Below are positions 1 to 10,282 of a stretch of DNA of 64,000 nt, one piece after another (the first letter of the stretch is position 1; each line of letters begins with the position of its first letter). Position numbers and translations under genes: made by a program. The notes beneath the pieces are model-generated. The model searched no databases. It worked only from the letters and a program-made list of their open reading frames with translations, and was not told the origin of the DNA. This stretch comes from an uncultured Desulfobacter sp. GTDB taxonomy: Bacteria; Desulfobacterota; Desulfobacteria; Desulfobacterales; Desulfobacteraceae. Where the stretch lies: NCBI GenBank assembly GCA_963665095.1, contig OY762069.1:5952001-6016000 (forward strand), in the 5' to 3' direction.

Positions 1-181
1 AGCAGGTTCCCTGGGCACCGATATTACAGGCCATCATTTGAGCAGCTCTGTCAAATACGGTGTCTATGCCCAGCTTCTGTGCACGGGCCTGGAGTTCCTG
101 GGTCCCTTTATCTATGGAGACATTTTTTGCATCAGCCAGTTTGGGGGCTTTTGCAGCTTTTGTATCTTTAACTTCTGCCAT
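1..181 (-). CDS. cooS: Anaerobic carbon-monoxide dehydrogenase catalytic subunit, 5' part (continues beyond window)
   Basis: Manual translation MAEVKDTKAAKAPKLADAKNVSIDKGTQELQARAQKLGIDTVFDRAAQMMACNIGAQGTC matches the Ni-CODH N-terminus (TVFDR..C..G..G.C). GAGGAGG RBS upstream; directly downstream of acsD. Confidence 0.85.
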   Translation of the reverse strand, partial: MAEVKDTKAAKAPKLADAKNVSIDKGTQELQARAQKLGIDTVFDRAAQMMACNIGAQGTC

Positions 182-248
182 CAGAGGTTCCTCCTCTTAG
201 TTATCTGAAATTGGGTCGGTGAATTCGAAAGTCCTCGGCTGGAATGTC

Positions 249-1811
249 CTACATTCTTTTGTGGACTCTGGCCAGATTGGCCATAATTTTTTCCAACTCT
301 GTGACCTGAACCTGGGCTGCCGTTTTAGAAACCTGGCTTGCTGTCATGCTGGCTCTTTGAGCCGCATGGGCTTCTTTTTCAGCAGCACGTTTCTGCCGAA
401 TCTCTTCAGCTTCGGCGTCTCTGGCTGCTGCAGCGTCTTTTGCAGCCTTTTTCTCTGCTTCAATTTTGGCTTTGGCGTCAGCTTCTGCTTTTGCCTTGGC
501 GTCGGCTTCTGCTTTTGCTTTAGCCTCGGCTTCTGCCTTGGCTTTAGCTTCTGCGTCTGCTTTAGCCTTGGCCTCAGCTTCAGCTTTAACCTTGGCTTCA
601 GCTTCCGGATCTACAGCAGGTGCTGCAGGTGCAGCTTCTTCCTTGGCCGGCGCGGCTTCGGCTTTGGGTGCTTCAGCCTTCTTGGGTGCCTCGGCTTTGG
701 GTGCGGCAGCCTTGGGTGCTTCTTTGGCAGCCGGTGCGGCCTTGGCAGCCGGTGCAGCTTTCTTCTCTTCTTCAATGGTGAGATCAACTTCCGGTGCCAG
801 AGCAGAAAAATCTATCTCAACGTCATCGCAACGTTTGGTGATAGCTGCCACATCCATGGCAGAACCGCCGTCGGAAATAAGATCAATGTATGATTTGGTT
901 AATTTAATGGATTCAGGATGACGCATGATCAGAATACTGGATCCTGACATGAGGTAGGATACCGCAGCAACAGCTTCCATGAGAATGGCCCTTCTTTCGG
1001 GATCTCCGATTTCCGGCGCATCTTTAACAGTCTGCTTGGCTTCCTTGCATTTCCAGACTTCGTTACCCACGTTGTTGATCATGGGGTTCTGAAGCTTGTC
1101 ATCACCCTGGGTCAAAGCGGCCTGTCCCAGACGTTCCATAACTGAGTAAGTGTATTCAAGGCCGTATCCCAGACCACCGGTGGTGGGATCAACAATGACC
1201 TTACCCAGGGAAACGCCTAAGTTTTCCAGCAGGATGTTTACCTGTTTAGCTAAGTTGACGTCAATGGGGGAGGAAGAAATAATGGTATGGCCGTAACCCA
1301 TGCAGGCTGCGCCGATACCTTTGTGGTTCTTTTCTTCCACAGGACCGAGGATCAGGTTTTCTCCCTGACACTCTTCTGCGATTTTTTTCAAGACTTCTTC
1401 ATCTTTGGCAGGAACCGCACACCCCCAGACAATCAGTGGAACATTGATTGCTCCCAAGACGTTTTTAACCGTTGCGGCTGCATCTTCAGGACTTGCATCC
1501 TTGTCGTTGGGATCAATGCTTTTTAACTGGAGAACGATGGCCTGTGCCCCGTATTCCTCCACACACTTCTTTGCCCATGCCGCAGGATCTGAAATTACAT
1601 CTGCAAACGGAGCTTTAGCTGCTTCTGGCCAGTCTTCCGGTTCAAAATCCCAGATTTCCATAGCGATAACGGGTTTGTTGGGCATATCCCCTTCAAACTG
1701 ATAAAAAGGATAGCTTGATTGGCCGCCAACTGTAAGAGCTGCGTCACCTTTGCCAATGGTGACGCCCTTGATGCTGCCGGCATAGGTTTCTTTGGTTATT
1801 TCAAAGCCCAC
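249..1811 (-). CDS. acsD: Corrinoid iron-sulfur protein small (delta) subunit of CODH/ACS, with long Ala/Lys/Glu-rich C-terminal extension
   Basis: CdhD motifs (SSPIDVNLAKQVN, DPTTGGLGYGLEYTYSVMER, MRHP); GTG start after GGAGG. Confidence 0.93.
   Translation of the reverse strand: MGFEITKETYAGSIKGVTIGKGDAALTVGGQSSYPFYQFEGDMPNKPVIAMEIWDFEPEDWPEAAKAPFADVISDPAAWAKKCVEEYGAQAIVLQLKSIDPNDKDASPEDAAATVKNVLGAINVPLIVWGCAVPAKDEEVLKKIAEECQGENLILGPVEEKNHKGIGAACMGYGHTIISSSPIDVNLAKQVNILLENLGVSLGKVIVDPTTGGLGYGLEYTYSVMERLGQAALTQGDDKLQNPMINNVGNEVWKCKEAKQTVKDAPEIGDPERRAILMEAVAAVSYLMSGSSILIMRHPESIKLTKSYIDLISDGGSAMDVAAITKRCDDVEIDFSALAPEVDLTIEEEKKAAPAAKAAPAAKEAPKAAAPKAEAPKKAEAPKAEAAPAKEEAAPAAPAVDPEAEAKVKAEAEAKAKADAEAKAKAEAEAKAKAEADAKAKAEADAKAKIEAEKKAAKDAAAARDAEAEEIRQKRAAEKEAHAAQRASMTASQVSKTAAQVQVTELEKIMANLARVHKRM
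430..770 (-). repeat. Low-complexity coding repeats (KAEAEAKA / APAAK) in the acsD tail
   Basis: Imperfect tandem repeats such as gcttctgcttttgcc / gcagccggtgc encoding AEAKAKA and AAPAAK. Boundaries approximate. Confidence 0.8.
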
Positions 1812-2512
1812 TGGTACCTCCTAAAAATTTATAACTAGTTATGAGTTTTGGGGGGGGTGAATAATAATGACGTGAAGTTATCGAAAAAAAAGTAGAGGAG
1901 AAACAGGAAAAGACTCTGTCTCTTTCAAATGGGCTCAGCCAGATTTTGACTCCGTGCACCATACAACTACCTTTGTTTAGGTTTCCTATTTCGATAACAA
2001 AATAGACTTATAATTGTTGGGGTTTTTTGTCAATAGATGAATGAATTTAATGATTATAGGTTGTTAGAGCCGCATTCCTAAGCATTTCAACGGTTTTTAC
2101 ATTTTTGTATAAAAGCGATTGGTTAATGAATGTAATTTAATTTTTAAATTCAAATCGTAGATGCGAAATATATAATTTACAGATTATTGTTTATTCGTTG
2201 GGCATGGATAGTCTTAGATTGCTTTACCTTTTGAATTTTTAGATTAATACCAAACACAATGGGGCGCTACTATCTTGCTTTTTTCGCCGCCTATCATGTC
2301 TGCTTGTATATATATATCTGCTTATATATATAATGATGGGAAGACCGCATAGAAATTTGGTTGATTTTTTCCATTATATTATATAGGAAGGGGAGTCAGT
2401 TAAACGTTTAGGAATTCAAAAAGACGGCAAAAGACGGTAGTAATCAAATAAGTTTAGTCTCAATTAATTCAATGGCCTGATATCCAGGTCCTAAATGTAA
2501 AGGAGTTTAGTC

Positions 2513-4288
2513 ATGGCATTAGATCCAACCAAACATGCGGATTGGGAAATTGCAGAAGATGCAGAAAAGAACATGCTCACTATTTATGAAATCGGTGAAA
2601 AGCTTGGTCTGACCAAGGAAGAACTGCTTCCCCAGGGGCACTACATTGGAAAAATCGATTTCATGAGAGTTCTTGAACGTCTTAAAGATAAACCCAATGG
2701 AAAGTACATTGACGTAACTGCCATTACCCCCACCCCGCTGGGCGAAGGTAAATCCACCTCCTCCATGGGCCTGGTTCAGGGTTTAGGTAAAATCGGTAAA
2801 AACGTCTGCGCTGCCATTCGTCAGCCTTCAGGCGGCCCCACCATGAACATCAAGGGTTCTGCCGCCGGCGGCGGTCTGGCCCAGTGCATTCCCCTGACCC
2901 CGTTCTCTTTAGGGTTCACCGGCGACATCAACGCCATCATGAACGCCCACAACCTGGCCATGGTTGCCCTGACCTCCCGTCTCCAGCATGAAAGAAACTA
3001 CACTGACGAACAGCTCGAACGCCTCTCCGGCATGAAGAGAATCGACATTGATCCCACCAACATCGAGATGGGCTGGATCATTGATTTCTGCTGCCAGTCC
3101 CTGCGTAACATCATCATCGGTATTGACGGTGTAAACGGCAAGGCTGACGGTTTTATGATGAAATCCAAATTCGGTATTGCTGTTTCTTCAGAAGTTATGG
3201 CGATTCTGGCCCTTGCCAACGACCTTAAAGATATGCGTGAAAGAATGGGTAAAATTGTTGTGGCCTACACCAAAAAAGGCGCGCCTGTTACCACAGAAGA
3301 TCTGCAGGTTGCCGGTGCCATGACTGCCTGGATGGTGGATGCCCTGAAGCCGTCTTTGATGCAGACTCTGGAAGGCCAGCCCGTTATTGTTCATGCCGGT
3401 CCTTTTGCCAATATCGCCATTGGCCAGTCCTCCATTCTTGCTGACAAGGTTGGCCTGAAGCTGGCTGACTACCATGTCACCGAATCCGGTTTTGGTGCGG
3501 ACATTGGGTTTGAAAAATTCTGGAACCTGAAATGCCGTTATTCCGGACTGAAACCCGACTGTGCAGTTGTTGTTGCCACCATCCGGGCCCTGAAATGCCA
3601 CGGCGGCGCACCGGTTCCTGTTCCCGGCAAACCCATGCCTGAAGAGTACAACACTGAAAACGTTGACTGGGTTGCCAAGGGCTGCGACAACCTCATCCAT
3701 CACATCCGCAACGTCCGTAAAGCCGGTATCTCTCCGGTTGTCTGCATCAACGCCTTCTACACAGATACCGATGCAGAGATCGCAAAAGTCCGTGAGCTGT
3801 GCGAAGCTGAGGGTGCAAGAGTGGCTCTTTCCCGTCACTGGGAAAAAGGTGGCGACGGTGCCATTGAATTTGCTGAAACTGTTGTGGCAGCATGCGAAGA
3901 AAAAACAGAGTTTAAATTCCTCTATGAGCTGGATATGCCGCTCAAACAAAGAATTGAACTCATCGCCAAAGAAGTTTACGGTGCTGACGGTGTTGACTAC
4001 TCACCTGCTGCAGACAAAAAGCTGGCTCAGCTCCAGGCCGATCCCGAACTGGCCAAGATGGGTATGTGTATGGTAAAAACCCATCTGTCTCTGTCTGACA
4101 ACCCCGCGCTTAAGGGTGTGCCCACAGGCTGGAGACTGACCATCCGCGAAGTCCTGACCTATGGTGGTGCAGGCTTTATCGTTCCGGTTGCAGGCGCTAT
4201 CTCCCTGATGCCTGGCACTGGGTCCAACCCGGCCTTCAGGCGTGTTGATGTTAACGTTGAAACCGGCAAGGTTGAAGGCGTATTCTAA
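2513..4288 (+). CDS. fhs: Formate--tetrahydrofolate ligase
   Basis: [45 protein letters not shown] motifs; AAGGAG RBS. Confidence 0.97.
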   Translation: MALDPTKHADWEIAEDAEKNMLTIYEIGEKLGLTKEELLPQGHYIGKIDFMRVLERLKDKPNGKYIDVTAITPTPLGEGKSTSSMGLVQGLGKIGKNVCAAIRQPSGGPTMNIKGSAAGGGLAQCIPLTPFSLGFTGDINAIMNAHNLAMVALTSRLQHERNYTDEQLERLSGMKRIDIDPTNIEMGWIIDFCCQSLRNIIIGIDGVNGKADGFMMKSKFGIAVSSEVMAILALANDLKDMRERMGKIVVAYTKKGAPVTTEDLQVAGAMTAWMVDALKPSLMQTLEGQPVIVHAGPFANIAIGQSSILADKVGLKLADYHVTESGFGADIGFEKFWNLKCRYSGLKPDCAVVVATIRALKCHGGAPVPVPGKPMPEEYNTENVDWVAKGCDNLIHHIRNVRKAGISPVVCINAFYTDTDAEIAKVRELCEAEGARVALSRHWEKGGDGAIEFAETVVAACEEKTEFKFLYELDMPLKQRIELIAKEVYGADGVDYSPAADKKLAQLQADPELAKMGMCMVKTHLSLSDNPALKGVPTGWRLTIREVLTYGGAGFIVPVAGAISLMPGTGSNPAFRRVDVNVETGKVEGVF

Positions 4289-4376
4289 TTAAAAGATTCT
4301 AATTTATCCCGGCAGCCGCCAGTCTGATGTGTATCGGTCTGGCGGCTGCCACAGAATCATATCAGGAGAAAACAAA

Positions 4377-5273
4377 ATGACTGCGGAAATTATTAGCGGT
4401 ACCGAGATAAGAAAGACCATTCTGGCAGAAATCAAGGAAGACGTTGAAAAAATGAAAGCCAAACACGGCAAAGGACCGGGTCTGGTTACCATCCTTGTGG
4501 GCAAAAATCCTGCATCTGTCAGCTATGTTACTTTGAAAGTAAAAACAGCTCTGTCTGTTGGCTTTAACGAAATCCAGGACGATCAGCCCGAAGATATTTC
4601 TGAAGAGGATCTGCTGGCTCTGATCGAAAAATATAACAATGATCCCGACATTCACGGCATCCTGGTTCAGCTGCCGCTGCCCAAACATGTGGATGATAAA
4701 AAAGTTCTCAACGCCATTAACCCTGACAAAGACGTGGATGCCTTCCATCCCGTAAACGTTGGTCGTCTGATGATTGGTGGTGATGAAGCAAAATTTCTGC
4801 CCTGCACCCCTGCCGGTATCCAGGAAATGATCGTTCGTTCCGGCACGGAAACCAGCGGCGCGGAAGTGGTTGTTGTGGGTCGTTCCAACATCGTTGGCAA
4901 ACCCATTGCCATGATGATGGCGCAAAAAGGTGTGGGTGCCAACTCCACCGTAACAATCGTTCACACCAGAACCAAAGATTTGGCTGCCCATTGCAAACGT
5001 GCAGATATTCTCGTTGTTGCAGCCGGTGTTCCTGATCTTGTAAAACCGGAATGGATCAAACCGGGCGCCACCGTTATTGATGTCGGTGTTAACCGTGTGG
5101 GTATGAACGAAACCACAGGAAAAGCGATTCTCAAGGGCGATGTGGATTTTGATGCAGCCAAGGAAATTGCAGGTAAAATTACCCCTGTTCCAGGTGGCGT
5201 AGGACCCATGACCATAGCCATGCTCATGAAAAATACCCTGAAATCCGCCCAGTATGCGTTAGGTGATATTTAG
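4377..5273 (+). CDS. folD: Bifunctional methylene-THF dehydrogenase/cyclohydrolase
   Basis: GILVQLPLP, KDVDAFHP, PCTPAG, GRSNIVGKP, TPVPGGVGPMT motifs. Start moved to ATG 4377 after AGGAG. Confidence 0.96.
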   Translation: MTAEIISGTEIRKTILAEIKEDVEKMKAKHGKGPGLVTILVGKNPASVSYVTLKVKTALSVGFNEIQDDQPEDISEEDLLALIEKYNNDPDIHGILVQLPLPKHVDDKKVLNAINPDKDVDAFHPVNVGRLMIGGDEAKFLPCTPAGIQEMIVRSGTETSGAEVVVVGRSNIVGKPIAMMMAQKGVGANSTVTIVHTRTKDLAAHCKRADILVVAAGVPDLVKPEWIKPGATVIDVGVNRVGMNETTGKAILKGDVDFDAAKEIAGKITPVPGGVGPMTIAMLMKNTLKSAQYALGDI

Positions 5274-5331
5274 GAATAGCTGTTGTGGTCATCTGAACCG
5301 GTAAATTAAAAACGGGACAGATGCCAGATTT

Positions 5332-5385
5332 GCCGCCGGCCTCTTTATATAATGATATGATAAAGATGTCGGCGGTTTATTATTT
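5332..5385 (+). terminator. Probable intrinsic terminator after folD
   Basis: gccgccggc...gtcggcggt stem followed by a T-rich tract. Confidence 0.55.
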
Positions 5386-5403
5386 TAAAACAAAGAGGGC
5401 CTC

Positions 5404-5670
5404 ATGTCAGAATTAAACCTGATAACCCTTATCGGCTTGACTGCTGCCTTCTGCACAACAATCTCTTTTCTGCCCCAGGCAGTCAGAGTTATAAAAAGCA
5501 GACAGACTAGAGATATCTCTCTGGGGATGTATATACTGTTCTCAAGTGGTGTATTTCTCTGGCTGGTTTATGGAATTGTGATCAGAGACCTTCCTATTAT
5601 TATTGCCAATGCAGTTACCTTTGCATTCAGCTTTACGATTCTGATTTTCAAACTGAAATATAAAGAGTAA
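5404..5670 (+). CDS. SemiSWEET / PQ-loop small transporter
   Basis: 88 aa, three TM helices, TTISFLPQ motif, TRDISLGM, PIIIAN. Confidence 0.85.
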   Translation: MSELNLITLIGLTAAFCTTISFLPQAVRVIKSRQTRDISLGMYILFSSGVFLWLVYGIVIRDLPIIIANAVTFAFSFTILIFKLKYKE

Positions 5671-5823
5671 TGCAAGACTGGATACAGATTAAAGGATATG
5701 GCGAATCCGGTGTCCCCATGGTATAAATATCCCCGATATCTGTCGTCAGAGAACCAAGGAAATAATTATTCAAATGGCGCCGGAAATAAAAGGCGGGCTT
5801 TTAAATAGAATTGAGGAGGATAT

Positions 5824-6135
5824 ATGCCTGAAGGAAGTGGATTTGTAATGAGTGAGGCAAAAGACAAAGGGCAGGCTCGGAAAGATGCCATGCCCAAAAT
5901 TGATTTTTCAAGTTTTATCCTGTCGTTGTATTCATCTGGCCTTGTACAGCTCGGAAAGGTGGAGGATCCGTCCACCGGGAAAGTGGTAAAGAATCTGGAA
6001 ATGGCCAAACATACCATTGATATGATTGCCATGCTCCAGGAAAAAACCCGGGGAAATCTTGTGACAGATGAAGAAAATTTGCTTAAGGCCCTTCTTGCTG
6101 AATTGCGCATGGCCTATGTGGAGTCCAAGGACTGA
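5824..6135 (+). CDS. DUF1844-type conserved protein
   Basis: IDFSSFILSL...LG...P.TG....L..AK..ID....L..KT.GNL..E pattern; stop overlaps the ispE start. Confidence 0.75.
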   Translation: MPEGSGFVMSEAKDKGQARKDAMPKIDFSSFILSLYSSGLVQLGKVEDPSTGKVVKNLEMAKHTIDMIAMLQEKTRGNLVTDEENLLKALLAELRMAYVESKD

Positions 6136-7013
6136 TGTCAGTGCGGCTGTCTTATGCCAAGATTAATCTGTTTCTTTATGTGACAGGCAGGCGGCCGGAC
6201 GGGTATCATGAACTTTACTCCCTTATGGCGCCGATAGCTCTGGCTGACCGGTTGGAAATCAACTGTGAAGGCAATTCAATTCGTGCCGTGTGCAACCATC
6301 CGGATCTCCCCGGAGATGGTACCAATCTTGCCTGCCGTGCTGCATCAGTTTTCAGGGCAGCTTTGTTTGAAAAGGGGGGTGCGGCGCCCTTTGAGGGGCT
6401 GACCATTCATATTGAAAAAGCCATTCCGGTGGGTGGTGGCTTAGGAGGCGGCAGTTCCAATGCCGCTACGGTGCTTTCAATCCTGAACGATACTTATGAA
6501 CAGCCATTTTCTGTAAATGAACTGATGAAACTTGGGTTGGCGCTTGGTGCGGATGTTCCTTTTTTTATTCAGGGTGTGCCTGCCTTTGCTACAGGTGTTG
6601 GCGAAAAACTTCTTCCGTGCCGGCATTTTCCACGATTGTCAGTTCTTTTAGTAAGTCCTGGGGTGCTGGCGTCAACTGCAAATGTTTTCAGAAAGTTAGA
6701 ATTCGGATTGACATTCACGCCCTCCTATACTATAAATTCGAGTTCGAATGCATTGCCTTTCGGGAAAACGCTTGATGGCAGGCTGGTTTTGCACAATGAT
6801 CTTGAAGATCCGGCATGCTGCTTATATCCTGACATCGGGTTTGCAAAAAAAGAGATGGAGTTGTTGCTGGAAAGAAATATATACATGTCTGGAAGCGGCT
6901 CGTCTCTTTTTGCTCTTTATTCGGACCATGCGGTGGCAGCTGTCGATTACGAGCGGCTGATGCAGGCTGACCTGAAAAACGTCAAAGATGTTTTTCTGAC
7001 TCAGACTGTGTGA
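6135..7013 (+). CDS. ispE: 4-(cytidine 5'-diphospho)-2-C-methyl-D-erythritol kinase
   Basis: AKINLFL, RPDGYHEL, IPVGGGLGGGSSNAA, GADVPFF, MSGSGS motifs. Confidence 0.95.
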   Translation: MSVRLSYAKINLFLYVTGRRPDGYHELYSLMAPIALADRLEINCEGNSIRAVCNHPDLPGDGTNLACRAASVFRAALFEKGGAAPFEGLTIHIEKAIPVGGGLGGGSSNAATVLSILNDTYEQPFSVNELMKLGLALGADVPFFIQGVPAFATGVGEKLLPCRHFPRLSVLLVSPGVLASTANVFRKLEFGLTFTPSYTINSSSNALPFGKTLDGRLVLHNDLEDPACCLYPDIGFAKKEMELLLERNIYMSGSGSSLFALYSDHAVAAVDYERLMQADLKNVKDVFLTQTV

Positions 7014-7035
7014 TGAAAGGCAGGATAACATGTTT

Positions 7036-7110
7036 TGGGGCGTCGTCAAGCGGTAAGACACAGGGTTTTGATCCCTGCATTCAGAGGTTCGAATCCTCTC
7101 GCCCCAGCCA
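7036..7110 (+). tRNA. tRNA-Gln (UUG)
   Basis: TGGGGCG acceptor stem pairing with CGCCCCA, anticodon arm CAGGG-TTTTGAT-CCCTG, GGTTCGAATCC T-arm, encoded CCA. Canonical position between ispE and prs. Confidence 0.97.
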
Positions 7111-7155
7111 AAAATTTTAAAAGGCCAGAAATGGTGAGAAAAAAAGAGGTTAATT

Positions 7156-8094
7156 ATGAACGGCCTGTCAATTTTTGCCGGTAATTCCAATCCCCCCTTT
7201 GCTGAAAAAATTTCAGATTACCTGGCCAAGCCCTTGGGGAGATTGAAAGTTAACCGGTTCAGCGACGGTGAAACCCAGGTCGAGATCCATGAAAATGTCC
7301 GGCGGCAGGAAGTGTATGTGATTCAATCTACCTGCAGTCCTGTGAACGATAACCTGGTGGAACTTTTACTGCTCATTGACGCTTTCCGGCGTTCCTCCGC
7401 TTCCCGGGTGACGGCTGTTATACCGTATTTCGGATATGCCAGGCAGGATAAAAAGGTGGCTCCTAGAGTACCAATCAGCGCCAAGGTGGTTGCCGATCTT
7501 CTGGATACGGTGGGCGTTGACAGGGTGATCACCATGGATCTTCACGCAGGGCAAATCCAGGGTTTTTTCAACGTGCCTGTGGATAATCTGTATGCAGCTC
7601 CTATTATTATAGATGATATCAAAACACGTTTCGGGGATGATATTGTGGTGGTCTCCCCTGATGCCGGAGGGGTGGAACGGGCAAGAGCCTATGCCAAACG
7701 ACTGGATGCCGAGCTGGCTATTGTGGACAAACGCCGCAGCGCACCCAACCAGGCCAAGGCCATGGCGATTATCGGCAATGTGGAAGGTAAGACCGCCCTG
7801 GTGATTGATGATATGGTGGACACTGCAGGGACATTGACTGAGGCCGCCGGTGTGATCAGGGATAAAGGTGCCAAGGAAGTGCATGCCTATTGCACGCATC
7901 CGGTATTGTCCGGCCCTGCCATTGAAAGAATTAAAAAATCGAATTTGAACTCACTTGTAGCAACTGACACTATCCCTTTATCTGAAGAAGCAATTGCCTG
8001 CGGTAAGATCCAAACACTGTCCATTGCAAAGCTTGTTGGTGAGGCAATTATGCGCAGCTACAGGGGAGATTCTGTAAATTCTCTATTTGTTTAA
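7156..8094 (+). CDS. prs: Ribose-phosphate pyrophosphokinase
   Basis: FSDGE, PYFGYARQDKK, DLHAGQIQGFF, VSPDAGG, DDMVDTAGT motifs. Confidence 0.97.
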   Translation: MNGLSIFAGNSNPPFAEKISDYLAKPLGRLKVNRFSDGETQVEIHENVRRQEVYVIQSTCSPVNDNLVELLLLIDAFRRSSASRVTAVIPYFGYARQDKKVAPRVPISAKVVADLLDTVGVDRVITMDLHAGQIQGFFNVPVDNLYAAPIIIDDIKTRFGDDIVVVSPDAGGVERARAYAKRLDAELAIVDKRRSAPNQAKAMAIIGNVEGKTALVIDDMVDTAGTLTEAAGVIRDKGAKEVHAYCTHPVLSGPAIERIKKSNLNSLVATDTIPLSEEAIACGKIQTLSIAKLVGEAIMRSYRGDSVNSLFV

Positions 8095-8151
8095 AAAAAT
8101 ATTTAGATCAATTTTGCCTTCCGGCGGAGGGCGATATGAAAGGGTTTAAAA

Positions 8152-8769
8152 ATGGAACTCATTGAATTAAGTGCAGGAAAAAGAGAGGAAACCGGAAAGG
8201 GAGCTGCCAGGAAACTTCGCGTTGCCAATACCATTCCGGCCATTGTTTACGGAAAAAAAATTGACCCTGTCAAGGTTTCTGTAGGTGTTAATACTTTTGA
8301 TAGGGTTATAAGGGAAAACGGTACTACCGGGCTGTTCTTTGATTTGAAAATTGAGGGAGAAGCTTCAAGGATGGTGATGCTCAAAGAGATCCAGATGGAT
8401 CCTTTTGGGTTGAAATACCTGCATATTGATTTCCATGAAATTGATATGGACCAAAAAGTTACCGTGGTTGTACCTGTGGAAACTGAAGGAATTAGTGCCG
8501 GTGCCAAGGAGGGTGGTATGCTCCAGATTATCCGTCGTGAACTGGAAGTATTGTGCAAGCCCAAAGATACGCCAGAAAGCGTTGTTCTTGATATTTCCCA
8601 GCTTGATATCGGAGATGCCATCCATGTGGCAGATATTGATCTCGGGGCAGACATTGAGATTCCCTATGAAGCTAATTTTACCGTTATCACTGTTGTTCCG
8701 CCTGGAGTCAGCGGAGAAGAGGTCAGTGAGGACGAAGATGGCGAAGTCGCGGAAGCGGCTGCTGAATAA
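8152..8769 (+). CDS. rplY: 50S ribosomal protein L25/CTC
   Basis: GKGAARKLR..IPAIVYG and HIDF motifs, C-terminal CTC domain, acidic tail; prs-rplY-pth synteny. Confidence 0.95.
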   Translation: MELIELSAGKREETGKGAARKLRVANTIPAIVYGKKIDPVKVSVGVNTFDRVIRENGTTGLFFDLKIEGEASRMVMLKEIQMDPFGLKYLHIDFHEIDMDQKVTVVVPVETEGISAGAKEGGMLQIIRRELEVLCKPKDTPESVVLDISQLDIGDAIHVADIDLGADIEIPYEANFTVITVVPPGVSGEEVSEDEDGEVAEAAAE

Positions 8770-8786
8770 TCGGTTGACTGTTTTTT

Positions 8787-8823
8787 GAAAACCCTTTATG
8801 GCTTTGGAGCTGTAAAGGGTTTC
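8787..8823 (+). terminator. Hairpin/terminator between rplY and pth
   Basis: gaaaaccctttatggc-tttgga-gctgtaaagggttttc inverted repeat. Confidence 0.6.
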
Positions 8824-8846
8824 TTAGATTTCAAATTTTTTTTGTC

Positions 8847-9425
8847 ATGTCTGGATCAAAACGACTTTTAGCGGGGCTGGGGAATCCCGGAGATCAGTAT
8901 TCCCGGACGCGTCATAATATAGGCTTTAATGTCGTTGATACTTTGGCCGCCCGCTCCGGATGCCGTCTGGACAGAGAAAAATTTGATGCCGCTTTCACCA
9001 CTGTACGAAAGGGTTCTCAGGACCTTCTTCTGGTTAAACCCCTCTCCTTTATGAATAAAAGTGGTATTCCCATCCAGCGATTGGCGTCATTTTATAAAAT
9101 TGATCTTAAAGATATTATTGTGGTTCACGATGACATGGATCTTGCTTTTGGGCAGATTAAAATTGTTCAGGGCCGGGGGCATGGCGGACATAATGGTATC
9201 AGGTCCATAATTGATGCCTTTGGACAAAAGTCATGTGTCCGCATCCGGGTGGGTATCGGGCGACCTGATTCCGACCGTTCAGTGACCGGCCATGTTTTGG
9301 GGCAATATACACCAGATGAACAGTCAATTGTTGACCAGATTGTGGATCGTGCGTGTGAGGCCTGTCTGGCTGTGCTGGAAAAGGGGGTAGTTAAGGCCAT
9401 GAATCTTGTAAACTCTTCCCGTTAG
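8847..9425 (+). CDS. pth: Peptidyl-tRNA hydrolase
   Basis: GLGNPG..Y..TRHNIGF, KPLSFMNKSG, HDDMDL, GGHNGIRS motifs. Confidence 0.97.
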   Translation: MSGSKRLLAGLGNPGDQYSRTRHNIGFNVVDTLAARSGCRLDREKFDAAFTTVRKGSQDLLLVKPLSFMNKSGIPIQRLASFYKIDLKDIIVVHDDMDLAFGQIKIVQGRGHGGHNGIRSIIDAFGQKSCVRIRVGIGRPDSDRSVTGHVLGQYTPDEQSIVDQIVDRACEACLAVLEKGVVKAMNLVNSSR

Positions 9426-9681
9426 CCTTCTTTGTGTCTGCGCTGCTACCACCCTTTCATTTTTCATTTCTTTGTAAATAGTTTTAAATTCGCATTAGGC
9501 AGAGTAGCCAATTTTTTTCTGAAGTTCGTCCTGTTTTTCCGAATAGTTGGGGTAGCTTGAAATCCTTGAGAACATTGTTTATAAAAGGAATCAGCGAATT
9601 TATTAGTTGACAATATTGTTTAGATATGGTTCTCTGCCTGAGAATGGATAACTTGTATCTACAAAATAAGGTGGGCTATAC

Positions 9682-10218
9682 ATGGGAGAGAAATCTGGAA
9701 AAATCAAGGCTAAGGCAAAAAGCAACTCAATAAAGAAAGAGTTTTCTAAGGGCGACATGGCCGTTTATCCCGCACACGGCGTTGGCTGTATTGAGTCCAT
9801 TGAGAGTCAGGAAATTAATGGGAACACCATGAATTTTTACATGATGAAAATCGTTGAAAATGGCATGACTATCATGATTCCCACATCCAATGTTGAATCT
9901 GTTGGGCTCAGAGAAGTGATCCCTGAAACCGAAATCCCTGAAGTTTACAAGGTGATGCAGGAAAAGGGTCAGAGCAGCGATAATCAGACCTGGAACCGCC
10001 GGTACAGAGAGTATATGGATAAGATTAAGACCGGGTCTATCTATGATGTAGCCGAGGTATTCAGAGATTTATTCCAGCTCAAGCTTGAAAAAGACCTCTC
10101 TTTTGGAGAAAGAAAATTGCTGGACACAGCCCAAAATCTGCTGGTCCAGGAGCTTTCCATGGCCAAGGATGTTGATGAAGACTGTATGATGAAAGAGATC
10201 GAGGGGCTTTTCAACTGA
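9682..10218 (+). CDS. CarD/CdnL family RNA-polymerase-binding regulator
   Basis: F.KGD.AVYPAHGVG, WNRRYREYMDKIKTGS, LSFGERKLL motifs. Confidence 0.92.
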   Translation: MGEKSGKIKAKAKSNSIKKEFSKGDMAVYPAHGVGCIESIESQEINGNTMNFYMMKIVENGMTIMIPTSNVESVGLREVIPETEIPEVYKVMQEKGQSSDNQTWNRRYREYMDKIKTGSIYDVAEVFRDLFQLKLEKDLSFGERKLLDTAQNLLVQELSMAKDVDEDCMMKEIEGLFN

Positions 10219-10243
10219 TTGCCTGATTCTGGTAATGTAACTC

Positions 10244-10277
10244 AAACCGGCAGACAGACCGCCTGCCGGTTTTTTTA
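10244..10277 (+). terminator. Intrinsic terminator after the carD-like gene
   Basis: aaaccggcag-acagaccgc-ctgccggttt followed by a T-run. Confidence 0.65.
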
Positions 10278-10282
10278 TTCCC

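Noticed and set aside
430..770. Periodic repeats that might suggest a CRISPR or other array
   Set aside because: They are codon-level repeats within a CDS, with no constant repeat plus unique spacer structure and no cas genes.
219..921. Long plus-strand ORFs (224 aa Phe/Cys/Gly-rich; 151 aa Ala/Ser-rich)
   Set aside because: Antisense shadows of the repetitive acsD tail; no independent coding signal.
7036..7110. tRNA as an island integration site
   Set aside because: It is flanked by conserved ispE and prs; no duplicated tRNA 3' end was seen in the window.
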